From Perna viridis (lineage: Eukaryota): DNA of 64,000 bases. Where the stretch lies: assembly GCA_037379345.1 (NCBI GenBank), contig CM074513.1, forward strand, positions 50,137,195 to 50,201,194. The letters are read 5' to 3'. Numbering within the stretch: position 1 is the first letter of the stretch; each line of letters opens with the position of its first letter. Shown here piece after piece: positions 25,201 through 37,632 of the stretch. The notes beneath the pieces are model-generated. The model was not told the origin of the DNA. It saw only the letters and a list, made by a program, of their open reading frames with translations, and did not search any database. Both the position numbers and the translations under genes were made by a program.

Positions 25201-28200
25201 GAAACTAATGAAATGAACGTGTCATCATGGTAAGCATGTAAATTACGCATTGGTCATGTAAAAGACAATCTTCAAATACAACTTGCAATGATTGAAAACA
25301 AATCTATTTCAACCTGTTAAAACAAAATATAAAATCCTAAATCTCTTGACCTCATGCACTAATTTGGTTTACTATTCACTATATTTTATATGGTCGTGTT
25401 CAGCAAGTCTGACCACTGATATCGTTATTTATCCGGGAAAAGCATGAAACAAAAACATTGCATTTTTATGTTGAACATCTTATTTTAATCATGGCGGAGC
25501 AGGACACTTCCCGACCACCTAGTGTCGGAATTTTTATAGGAGTTCATATTGGAAGTGTTTAGTTTTTTTTGTGAGCTGCCTTGTTTNNNNNNNNNNNNNN
25601 NNNNNNNNNNNNNNNNNNNNNNNNNNNNNNNNNNNNNNNNNNNNNNNNNNNNNNNNNNNNNNNNNNNNNNNNNNNNNNNNNNNNNNNNNNNNNNNNNNNN
25701 NNNNNNNNNNNNNNNNNNNTGTAAATCGTCTCTTTTTCCTGATTTTACGTTTATGCGATCTCTAAACTGTCCTATTTTTTGCGTTTTATTAATTTTGATC
25801 ACATTCGATAATTTCATAATTATCGGAATCAGAAATGCGAGTTAAAAACCGTGAAAAACCGGCTTCTTAATCAAATGTTGATATAAGTTACTTCAAAATA
25901 AATGAAGTTACCTTTGATTATATGTAATGTTGAGGTTAACACATCGCCTACACCATGAACAACCTTTACGATTCCACATTGCGATCCTAAAACAAGGAAA
26001 ATGCAAGAATACATTCAGTACAGCAAACCCGAATCTAGATGGGCATTTTAAGCGTGTTTGCGTTGTTTAGGATATAACGTCACTACCTCTGACTTTGGGT
26101 GTTGTAATGGTCATAACGGACTACCACTTCAAGTAAAAGCAATCGCTTGACTATGTGCATTAAATTGATACAGTCAAGGGAAATGAAATAAAAAGACCTT
26201 GCATTGCAACATAAATTTGAAATACAAATGCAGTATGACTTAAATGTATTTCGTGTCTTCATTTCATTGAATTTTATGAGAAAAAGACGTTAAAAATCTT
26301 CAACCATCACATTTTACAAATCAGGCTTAAAATTTTCCTGCCTTAAACCAGTTGATTGCTTTAGTGAAGGTGTCAAAGTAAATGACCTTAGAAATCCAGT
26401 TCAACTGTTCTTATTCATTACGATTTTACTCAGCAAAATAAATAGAAAAGAGAAGGCTGTGCGTAAAAGAGCAACCCCTCCCCCAACCACAGAAACAATA
26501 TGGTCAAAATAAAAACAAAGTCGTCAGACAGGAAGTTCATGTCACTTTTAAAGTACATGTACCTCTTCCTTAAGACCAGACAGGAGCCTAAGATTAATGA
26601 AAATCTTAACGTATTAAATGGGGTACGCTCTACTACAGATAAGGACGGGAAAATTTGCCGATAGAATTTTTACACTATAACCAGTCAAAAAATATTTCAT
26701 GATTTATAGCAGATCCGAGGTATTGAACATAGGAAGAGTTGTTTCTAGGATGTAACAAATGCATTTGAACAGTTTCATAAATTACCTTGAGATATGATGA
26801 ATCACCCCTGTATGGTTTTCAGACAGAGCCATACTTAAGTCTGAAATCGCATCTCACGATTTGACATTCACGGAATAAACTTCTCTCAAATATCAAGTGG
26901 CTGTGATATGTAGTTGCAGAGAAAACTGTTACAAAAAAGTTGACGGATGAACACTATGTACCTCAATATTAGTCAAATAAATACTTAAAATTGCTCAGGT
27001 TAAATTAAGTCAAATTTCAGTCAGTATATCAGATTCCCAGTTCTGATAAGTGACTACAATGTGTGCAACATTCTTTGATCTGATGATACAGTAGACACTA
27101 TAAAGTTTCAAGATTTTATAATTATTAAGAAATCTAGATCATGTGGTATCCTGAATCTGACCTGTAGGAATAACTCCAATAGGAAACTCTGTTGTTTTAA
27201 TTTCTCTGTTACTGTCATTAAAATCTATACCAACTTTCGTCTGTGTCTCTCTCATAAGCACATTCATGATCTCTGATACAGTACCATCTCCACCCATAAT
27301 CACCAATCTATCGGGTATTAAGTATAAATTATGTACTATCATATATGGGTCCGAACATGAAACACTACCTTGAAGTAGTAAATGGAAGTTCTTTGAATTT
27401 CTGAGGGATACTGAATGTCCTGTAAAACAATCAAATTCCGACAGTTTCAAAAAAAAATAATTCATATTGGCGTATGTTTAATTGATATCCAATACTGTCG
27501 ATTTCGGATATTTGTCAACTATTTCCAAGTCATCTATCACGTTTACAAGAAGACCATTTGTATTTAAAAAAAATGAATGATTTTGCCCTAATGATAAAAG
27601 TGTTTGACACGTGTCTGTGTCGCAGAACTGCATTATTGTTGCTAGATTAAAACCAGATTATACTCACTTGCAATATGACGGGTGCCGCTGGCGGAGCAGG
27701 ACATGCTTACCCTTCCAGAGCACCTTATGTCACTTATTTGACTTATTTGAATCATCCGACTACTAACGCTTCGGTATTTTTATGCCGATATTTATGAAAT
27801 ATAGGATAGTGAGCAATTAGATAAAAATAAATTTAAATTGTTTTTTTTTTTTTTTAATATATATACATTATGATATCGTGAGCATTAAGCTTAATCATTT
27901 AGTAAAAGAAGTTTGCTTTTAGAAATTGCTGCGTTTAACGCTGAGATTTTAATGAAACTACAATTAGAATGGTTTAAATAATTCGTTTCATAAGTGTATA
28001 GACGAACAAAACTATTCATTAAGAATTACAAAGTGTATTGTTGTGGTGCAATCTCCAGAATAGACTGAGATTGACCATGTAGACGTTTATAAACAGCACG
28101 GGCATCACTGTCTGTGATATAGTGAGTGGGGATTTCGATACTTCTTTATTACACCCATATACTTACCCATCAACATTTTTGAAGTCATAACTTTTAGTTA

Positions 28201-30279
28201 CATCTTTGAAATGACCAGCTCTTTCGGACACTATATAAATAAATTATGTTTCTTTAATGAATGTGTAACATAGACAGTAGTATGGCGTGAAGTAGCAAAA
28301 GATACGTATATAAGTGTCTTTAAATTTTTGGTAATAACACGACGACAATACAGCTAGGCAATAAGGTTAAAAAAGATCAGCTCAAGCATTTTTGTTGGTC
28401 AAATATCGTAAAATCACTTTATACTGAAATTAATAAAGATTGTAAAATTCTGGTCCTCTTTACATATATCAGTAAGTGTTTCTCAAGAGACTAATCTGCA
28501 TGTTTGATTTTTAAAAACAAAAACTGTTTTGAAATATTTATAATTCATAGATATCTTACCAACCACATCAGTTTGTATCCCAGCTAAGTTCAGGAGAGGA
28601 ACAACTTCTTGGTCACATATTTTCTTTCCTTTCCACTTACCACTGATCGGATTTACAAAGACGGCCAGTTTCCGGGGCCGTTCAGTTTCTGTAATATTTG
28701 GGTATATATCTTAATTTTGCTAATAATATATTCGGTTGTGTAATTTGAACATTCAGGTGTTATTGTGAATGGTAGGGGTTTAAGTGTAAAATCGAGAATT
28801 ATGCATTCATAGTATTTGTTCTGGTGACTATTCAATAATAGCTCTCATTTCATTCCGCTTTCATGTCAGTGATCCACGAGATTTAACAGAATATTAATTT
28901 TCCTCTTTTTCCTAAACTGAGGAGAATGTTTTAGATATTTCATAATAGGATATATCTCCTATCACATTTATTGTACAATGTATCATTGTTACTACACTAC
29001 AGTAATCTAGTTACTTTTCTGTATTCTATCTTTGACTTCAGTCTGGATATCTGAGAATGTCTTCTTGTCGGTGTTGAAGGATAGAACCTCTTTGGTCAGT
29101 TTATGGTTAGGGAATGGATGGTCTTTAATATAGTGTAAAATACAGTCTGTTCTGTTGGATGCATCTTCCAATCCAATGACATCTTCAATTGCGATCAACT
29201 CTGAATCAAGAGTAATTTCAACATTCCTTGAAAAATTCAGTGTTTCACTTAAGCTTGTAGTAGACATATACAGTAATAGTATTAATGCTCCTTCAGGGTA
29301 TTTTATCTGCAAGTATGATTAGTAAAATTGTGATGACACTGCATATTTTATAAGTAAATAATGTCACCATTTTTATTGATGAGTGAATTGAAATAAGATA
29401 TATAAGCAGATTATTGAAACAGGCCAAATCAGAGCATATAAGTGTGTGAATGTATAGAATTGTGTTAATGATGTTTATGTTTGTTTGTTCGTTTGTTGGG
29501 GTTTAACGTCCGAGCAGCAATATTTCAGCTATATTCAGACGATGAACATGAAATTGATGATAAAATGAACATGAAATGATGATGAACATGAAATTGATGA
29601 TAAAATGAACATGAAATGATGGTGAAATGAAAAAGGGATGGGACACGAGGACAATGGGGTCGACAAATTTTGATTGCCACTGGAAATAGGGAGAGATGGG
29701 TAGGGTGGGGCAATTTAGCCTCCTGTGACGGAGCCCTATGGTTCCTACTCCGGGAGAATACCACAGTATGATTCTTTAATGTGCGAGGAACGTGGCATCT
29801 TTCCCAACACGGTGCACCACTATGGTTTGCGGTCAGGTTTTCCGTATTATAGCCTGACAACCCCAGCATGAAACACGCCAGGGGTACCCCATTCAACCAC
29901 CTGGGGCACACATTCCAATGTCAATGATGTTTATGTACCTGAGTGCATGATCCTCTATATTATTGATATTTAGATGATGTTTCTGAATTGATATTGTTCA
30001 GATTACTTCAATGAACAACATGTTATAACCATGTAACTATCATTAATAACTGAAATTTGCATTTATTCACTATATAAACATTCATAATTATTATTTATAT
30101 ATTTTTGTAGTGTCATCATCGGTCTAAGTAACCACTTATTGTTGAATGAGTTAGTGTATCATTGTACTTACAGAATGTAGAATAGACTTGCCTTTTTCGT
30201 TATCTTTAGACACCACAACTTCGGTTTCCGTTATTGCTATAGCAGTGTCAATTCCATTAACTCTTACTATAAAATTCAT
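22242..30279 (-). CDS. Ceramide kinase / sphingosine kinase-like lipid kinase (DAGK catalytic family), 12 exons, ~451 aa
   Basis: Exons 30279-30192, 29200-29015, 28688-28560, 28230-28167, 27307-27162, 25986-25912, 25125-24976, 24675-24606, 24271-24219, 23364-23183, 22930-22776, 22299-22242 sum to 1356 nt in one frame. Motifs RPRKLAVFVNPISG, ERAGH, GGDGTVSE, GVIPTGS, RWLGTIRY, NIDGE. Exon 1 and last exon less certain. Confidence 0.85.
23587..23676. repeat. Perfect 44-bp tandem duplication
   Basis: caggttgcaataatttctagccttgagatcactatgtagaaggt occurs twice (23587, 23631). Confidence 0.95.
25587..25719. other. Assembly gap (133 N)
   Basis: Run of N inside a kinase intron; flanking exons are phase compatible, so no exon needs to be missing. 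Confidence 0.99.
29481..29915 (-). mobile_element. SINE-like retroposon, copy 4 (5'-truncated)
   Basis: Reverse complement of 5410-5790; 14-bp TSD aatgatgtttatgt (29467-29480, 29923-29936). Confidence 0.85.
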
Positions 30280-30435
30280 GTTATGTGTATGTTGTTTACG
30301 TTTTATAGAAAGGGAGAGAAATCTTGTTTGTCCTCACGTGTAATTAAAAATAGAATGCTTCGCGAGGCGTAGCTAAATACGTCTAAAGAGGACGAATCCT
30401 GAATAGTTGGGGCAAATATAGACACAATAGTCGAC

Positions 30436-31000
30436 CTTATGGCAAGCCAAAGTGAACAAAAATAAGTGTTTTCTAATATTAAAAAATGATTTTTAATATT
30501 ACAAATTCATTTTTAATATAACAAATTTGATTTCTAATACCACAAAACTTTTTTTAATATTAAAACAAATCATTTTTTGATATTAAAAATTCAATCGAAT
30601 TTCTAATATTAGAAAATGGATTTGTTGTATTCAATTACGATTTTATTTTTAATATTAGAATATCATTTTGTAATATAAAAAAATGTTACTGATTTTGCAA
30701 TGGAGAAAAGTGATTTTTTTAATATTACAAATCCATTTTCTAATATTACAAATTCATTTTGCAATATTTCAATTTGTAATATTACTAAATGTGTGATATT
30801 TTGTAATATTACTAAATCAGGAATTTGTAATATTAGAAAATGAATGTTTAATATTACAAAGTGAATTTCTAATATTAAAAAATCTTTTCTAATATTTAAA
30901 AAATATGTTCTAATATTTAAAAAAAATGATTTGTTATATTAAAAAATTATTTTCTAATATTACAAGATATTGATTTTTGTTCACTTTGGCTTGCCATACG
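30436..31000. mobile_element. Foldback-like MITE with ~26-bp TIRs and ~21-bp AT-rich internal subrepeats
   Basis: tatggcaagccaaagtgaacaaaaat at 30438 and its reverse complement ending 30998; many ttttctaatattacaaa-like units inside. Confidence 0.8.
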
Positions 31001-32272
31001 ACCTATTATAGATCTGAATTTTGTTTGACACAAGATGAAATTTATTAATTTGACCAGAGTTGGTGTGCATGGTCAAATAACTTATATAATATTTAAATAT
31101 AAAACTCAGGGGTGGGGGGGGGGGCACCCCAATACTACATTTTAAAGGGTGCCACTGAAATTCTGTAACCCTATCCATTCATATATTTTCTTTTTTAACA
31201 AATGGAGACCTGTCCACATAATTAGTTACGGGGAAAAAGCATAACCCCATATAAGGATTTTCTTTGATTTAATATGATACACTAGGACATATTCATATGT
31301 ATCACGCGTTTATTCTACAAATACGTTCGTTTGTGACTGTCTTTAATCTGACAGTAGTTGGACAATTAACATACTGTTTTATCAACTCTCCCATCAGCAG
31401 CTGTTAAATGTTAAGATATATCCATATTATTTGTAATGTAAACTTTGTAATATATTGACTTATCGATCATGTTTCTTTTCCCCTACCAAATTATCACATA
31501 TTTGCAAAATTTACAAGCGAGAAAACTCCAGCGGCTCGTCCTATATCCTTATTTAGGACGTGCCCTCCCCCTTTTCCCAAGATGTAAAAGGTAGGTATGA
31601 ACAGACAAATATAGAGGGATGGACAGGAGGTTACTTCTCCTATCTCCCGCCACTTTTTCCTTTCTTCCACCCCCTTTCTTTTGTCTCCCACCCTTTTTTA
31701 CTACTAGTATTCTCATATGAAAAACCAATGTATAGAAACATGTTTTGATAAAATAAAAAAAAATCGATGTCTTTGTTTTTTAGCTCGTCCCCATTCTGTT
31801 CCTCAAACAGCGTTGAGAAAAGTATCTCATGATATTTTTCAAAGTACAGCAAAATTAGGGCTTTCTTCATGGTGGATATCATATCTGATATTTTGTACAT
31901 CTAGATTGAAAATATGTTGCCGAATAAATGAGCCCTTATGTTGGCGGTCATACAGCTTATAAGGAGAGTATCTACTATTCTTGTTTTGATAAAAAAATTA
32001 CTTGTTAATTTCATTTCTTAAATGATGTAAAAAGATTAATTAAGTGATATTCTTTCATATTCTAAAAAGGAAATTGGGAGGCACTGGGCTTATTTTCTTG
32101 TTATATACAAAAAAGAACTTAAATCCCCGTTACCTTAATTTCTATAGAACATCTGCATTTTTTTGTAATACAGTTATATATATATATATAACGTCTCAGA
32201 ATGTGACGACTCTATTCGCTACACTGCTCCATAGGATCAAATTGATACAGGGAAGATAACGTAAACGTATAG

Positions 32273-32435
32273 AAGGGTCTGAAAAATTCCCAACGATGTT
32301 AGAACTGTCAAATTTAGCAACCTAATGTTGCCATAGATGTCACAGCGGTACGAGTTCGAGTCCCGCGGAAGGAACGACCAAAAATATGCTTCGCAAATTT
32401 GAGTTCTAACATCGTTGGGAATTTTTCAAACCCTT
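32273..32435. repeat. 34-bp inverted repeat enclosing a tRNA-like B box
   Basis: aagggtctgaaaaattcccaacgatgttagaact / agttctaacatcgttgggaatttttcaaaccctt; gagttcgagtccc at 32352-32364. Confidence 0.7.
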
Positions 32436-32627
32436 GCAAGACGGTCGGAAAAAATGGTCTGTAATAGATATGATCAATTTAAAAAAAAATTATCTCATTA
32501 CTGACACATATATTCATGTTTACGTGTGGTATAAAAATGTATTGTTGTTTCTATAAAATCTATATTTAGATGTTTAATATTGTCCAGTAGCGTTAATATC
32601 AGTAATGCACACAAATATATTAACTAT

Positions 32628-33031
32628 TTAAAGAGTAATCATGGGAACCAAAGTTATAGCGATAATCAAAAGAATGTACTCCAGGGACAAAGACCAGACA
32701 TGGAAAACAGACACACAAAACAAAGAACATGAAGTGACTAAAATCATACATACAAAGTAACAATAGCAAATGAGCAACTCGGACTCCACTAAAAACTGGG
32801 AGCATGGACCAGGTGCACCGGTAGGGTAAGCGCCCTCTGCTTTCCTAGAAACACCCGCTGAGTTGCTTATAAAAAGTCAAGTCCGGGGTAGACAAACGAG
32901 GAAAGGAAAACTATGACCCGTTGAATAAATCAGTTTTCATGGTGCAGATGGATACATCCTAACGATCCACGAGTTCATGATGACGACCATAAAACTTCTG
33001 TAGTGATGACTTCACTCACGTAGCAACATAA
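32628..33031 (-). mobile_element. 5'-truncated Penelope-like element copy
   Basis: Reverse complement of the RT C-terminus, 3' UTR and tail of the 2.3-5.9 kb family. Confidence 0.85.
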
Positions 33032-34472
33032 CATCAAAGGAAATGAACAATTCACAATTACATGACATATAAAGGAAGCGTACGTAGCCACATGTAGTTC
33101 CATAACTCAAAATGAATCATCCGAAATATATAGAAAAAAATAAATCAAGAGAGGTTACATTAATAGAAGCCAACTGCGTATTGAAGTTTTATGAAAATTG
33201 CTAGAAGCGGCGTTTTCAATTAAGTTATTGCGCAAATATGGGAAATCCATCTCGTCCAATGACTAAAAGGGAGCTTACATAAATAGATATAAACTATATA
33301 CCAAAAATTTCATGAAAATGGACGCACACAATTTTCCCTTTTTATGCATGAACAAAGTCGATCCCACAACTCAAAATTGTTTAATTTGAAATGACTAAAA
33401 ATCGGAAGAGAGATTAGAACGATATAAATAAATAAATAATTCATCTACGGTTTATAGACATTACAGCAAGTATCCGAAAAGTTCCATAATTCAATTTAAG
33501 CAAAATATCGGAAAGTTTTACAAAGCGAAAGAGAGCTCATGTCAATAGAATTAAACAACCTCCAAATTTTCAAACAAAATTGATGAAACACTTTTGAGTT
33601 ACTGTGAGAAGTGTGAAAGACGGACGGACGGACACTGTTATACTGTAGTACGTCCCGCACTTTCAGTAAGACTGGCGTATATAAACCTTATTTTTTTGTA
33701 TATTGCATTGCCCACTGACACGACTACTTATGGATTTTTGCGGTTTCAAAACGCTTTATTATATATGAACGAAATATTTTTAAAGCATCATCCGGTGGCG
33801 GATCCAGAGATTTACAAAAAAAGGGAGGTTTAACCCGGGGTTCCAATTTTTTCCTCGTTATCATTCACTGGTGTTGATAATACATATACAATCATCAATA
33901 ATGAATTTGATTATTCATTGTTTTCAAAAACAGAAAAAAACTTTCTGAAAAATATTGAACTTAGTGAGGAGCCGCCATCCAACCAATCCCCGTTTTGGGT
34001 CCGCATATGGTATCAGATATAACATATTCATCATTGCTACCATATTTGCCAGCTTTCCTAGCATATCACTATTCAAATTTATAAGAGCTTTCGGTACAAG
34101 TAAGTTGTTTTATGTTGAGCTTCAGACCGTATAGCTATTGACATAAAAGTAAAGTGTTTACTAATTTGAATAATTTCGTCTTATAAAAAAAAGATAACTA
34201 CGTGTATAACATATCCGTTCGGTCATCTATGTATAAATACAACCATTTACAAATACATGTTATTAAATGCAAACGATTTGTATATAGATATCGGCAATAT
34301 CTACAGAATTTGCACTGCACAATTCAAGTCTAGCTAATAATAAACAAATTTCTACGGCAGAAAATATTGTCGACCATATGCACAAGACTGGGATTTCATT
34401 CAGAAAATTTTTTTGCTTTTTTCTTTGCCTTTTTAAATATAATTATATATGCCCCATCCATCATGTTGAAAG

Positions 34473-37400
34473 TTAGACTTCGCTTGGCACGGCAGTATCC
34501 ATGACATCTTGACCAACTGAAGGCGATATCGTGTCAGCACTCTTCGATGGCTTATGCACTCTTAAAAGAGTACTCCCTTCATCTGCCTTATCAAAAAACA
34601 TTGTTAGAGAACAACAGGCTATCCCAGTGAGTGGCTGGTCAATATCACTTATCTTTGACCATATCATGGTATCTAAATCTAGACACTCGACAGAAGTAAG
34701 CCTTTCAGCACTGTTCCAGTCATATCCACCAACAACATAGACAATATCATTCAGAAGTGCGCAGCCAAATTCAGCGCGTGGGGTTAGCATATTGCAGACG
34801 AAAGACCACGTGTCAGCAGTAGGGGAATACTTCTCCACCGCTTCTACACAGGAGATAGAACCTTCTTGGTCAATAGTAGCTCCTCCAAATATAAGTAGAG
34901 AGCCCTTCACTTGTACTAGCTGAGAAAAGAACCTTGGTACTGTCAAAGGCTTCCTCTGTTGCCATTTATTCTCTGCAGGATGGTAACGTTCTACTCGACT
35001 GGAAACCATCTTGTTACCTTTTGAAGCGATAAAAAGAACTAATATTTTTTTTCAATACAATCTAGACACAAACGATACAGATGAGATCAGTTCTAACCTC
35101 TCAGTCAAACTGTCATAAGGGCCGGCACTACGAGAACTGTTCTACCACTGTCATCATTTTTATCGGACAAGGGGGAATATTTGAATTCTTAACACCTTTG
35201 ATGACATCGAGCATTTTACTTTCCTACTAAAACCTCAAAATTGGATGAAAACTATAAAATGAATGCATTTAGACCTACTTTGTTAGTTTATGCTGGTGCG
35301 ATCACTCTAACATTGTTTGAAAATTTCAAATATGAGAACAAAAAGGTAAATTTGAAGTTTGTTTTTTCTACGAGAACAGATCTCCTACTAGAACCAATTC
35401 TACAAGAGCCGGCTCTGATAGAACTGTCAGAAAAGCTAGCTCTAGAACTGTAATAAAACTGTTCTAAATATTATTGTTCTTCTGACAGTTCTAGGGTAGT
35501 TAGTTGAGAGGTTAGAACTGATTTCATCTGTAGTAGTGTATATTTGTGATTTAATGAAGATAGAAGACACGACTAAGCAATTTGCAAAAGCGTTGGTTTT
35601 TTTGGGTTTTTTTTTTTCGTATAATTCAAGTAACCTTCGTGCCGCTTTTAATGCAGACCATCCTGAAATAAACGACAAGACCCGTAGTCGATTTGATAGA
35701 AATAGTTACATTACCAATATATATGCATATTTTTGAAAACACAGTGGTTTGTCGACCTTCTGCACCCCGTTTGATGGGCAATAAATAACTCATACTACCT
35801 TGAGGTCGACCGATCGATATATTACCTGATCCACCGACGACATATATTCTCCCATTTAGTACAGCCGCTGCCAAACATCTTTTAGGACTACTTAAAGGTG
35901 CCATTTCTTTCCATGTGTCAGTGTTAGGATTGTATCGTTCTACTACATCAAGAGATTCATTTTTATCCATTCTGCCACCTAGTATGAAATTAAAAAATCG
36001 GTAATTATAGAAGCCTTACCAGTAAAATGTTTGTTTACGTATTTTTTCTTCAATACAGAGGACTCAAATATGGAAAACCCGTTTTGTTTCTGTATCATGT
36101 GTATTTTAACTCGTTACATCTCTCTTACTAAATTACTCCGTGTAAACACCGATGCTGTACATACCTATTGCATACAACATCCCATTCAGTGCTAAAAGCT
36201 GAAAACTTTGACGGTTATATAGCATGGAGGCTACCTGATGCCAGGCGTTTGTTCGAGGGTCATATCTTTGTACAATATTTTCCGGAGATCGGTGCTCATT
36301 TCGTCTTTCCCCACCAGCAACATACAGAAACCCTCCGAGCACAGCAACTACAAAAATACAACAATGCCAAAGCACATACACAAACCATCCGAACACACAA
36401 ATAACAAAAATACAACATACACAAACCGAACATAGCAATTACAAAAATACAACAATGTCAAATCACATAAAGACACCCCTCCGATCACAGCAATTACAGA
36501 CAATGTCAAATCACATAGAGGAACCCTCCTAGCACAGCAACTACAAAAATACAACAATGTCAAATCACATAAAGTACTGTTTTTTTTTCTAATTATATAT
36601 TACTCTACCATCAGTCGTCTTCCATAAATGTATCTATCTAGTTTTCGTATATGCATGCATGCATGGTATGAGTCATTGCATGTCGATTTCCATTTACATT
36701 AATTAATATATGGACAGCTATAGGGTAAACATGGGGAAATTCGGACGTTTTACAGATTCGTCACTTGTGCATGCAAATTTTATTATTCGGAAGGCGTCGG
36801 GTGATGACGAATCATTCCATGCGAAAGATGAGGATCTTCCGCGCATAAAATATCTATTTTCATGTACCTGCTTATGATTAGCTAGAGAATCAAGAACCAT
36901 TTGTAAAATATATCAGCTATTCGCAAATTCGGACATAGATGGGGAAATCCGGACAAACATATGGGGAAAAACGGACACCCTGCACGAATAAACGAAGCAT
37001 ACAATACCTTGTTTAATGAGTGCATTTTTTTTCTATTGTTTCACGTCTTTCGACCCTTGGTTTTGGTACTGTATTGATTGAAAAATACACACAAAACTAA
37101 ATTATTCTAGATATATAACACATGTATGTAGTTATAGATATTTTGAAATAATCGTAGTCTAGATCTATAAATATCATAGATCGGGGCGAAGAGGCGGATC
37201 CAGACACTTTGAAAAGGATGGGTGCCAGCCGCGGTTCCTCAGGGGATGCTAGAACATTATTCGCTATTTTTATGTCAATTTTACACATGGAAATAAGAAA
37301 TCCTCCAATAAAAAGGGGTGCCCTCGAGTGGATACTGAATTTTTTTAAAGTCTATTTCTGTTCATCCGTTATGTTGTTGTCTCATTGCACCTCCATTTTT

Positions 37401-37599
37401 TTCCGATTTTAGTAAAACTTAGGTGAATGAATAGTAGCAATAAAGGTTAAATGTGATTGTTTTCTACATTAAATGGTTTAAGAAGATTGCTTGTTTGTTT
37501 GTTTGTTTATTGTTCTTATTTTTTTGGAAGGGTATAGAGAATTGATTTTTGAAAAGAGTAAATGTGGGCACGTGAGGTAATTTGACCATTCTCACTAAC

Positions 37600-37632
<33 letters not shown>

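Noticed and set aside
25485-25845. ORFs spanning the N run
   Set aside because: Artefacts of the assembly gap.
32340-32375. tRNA gene
   Set aside because: Only a B box/T-arm-like motif; no cloverleaf or clear A box.
32620-32805. Hydrophobic MLPVF... ORFs (also 17094, 39326, 53570) as small membrane proteins
   Set aside because: They are translations of the T-rich PLE 3' tail with inconsistent frames and lengths.
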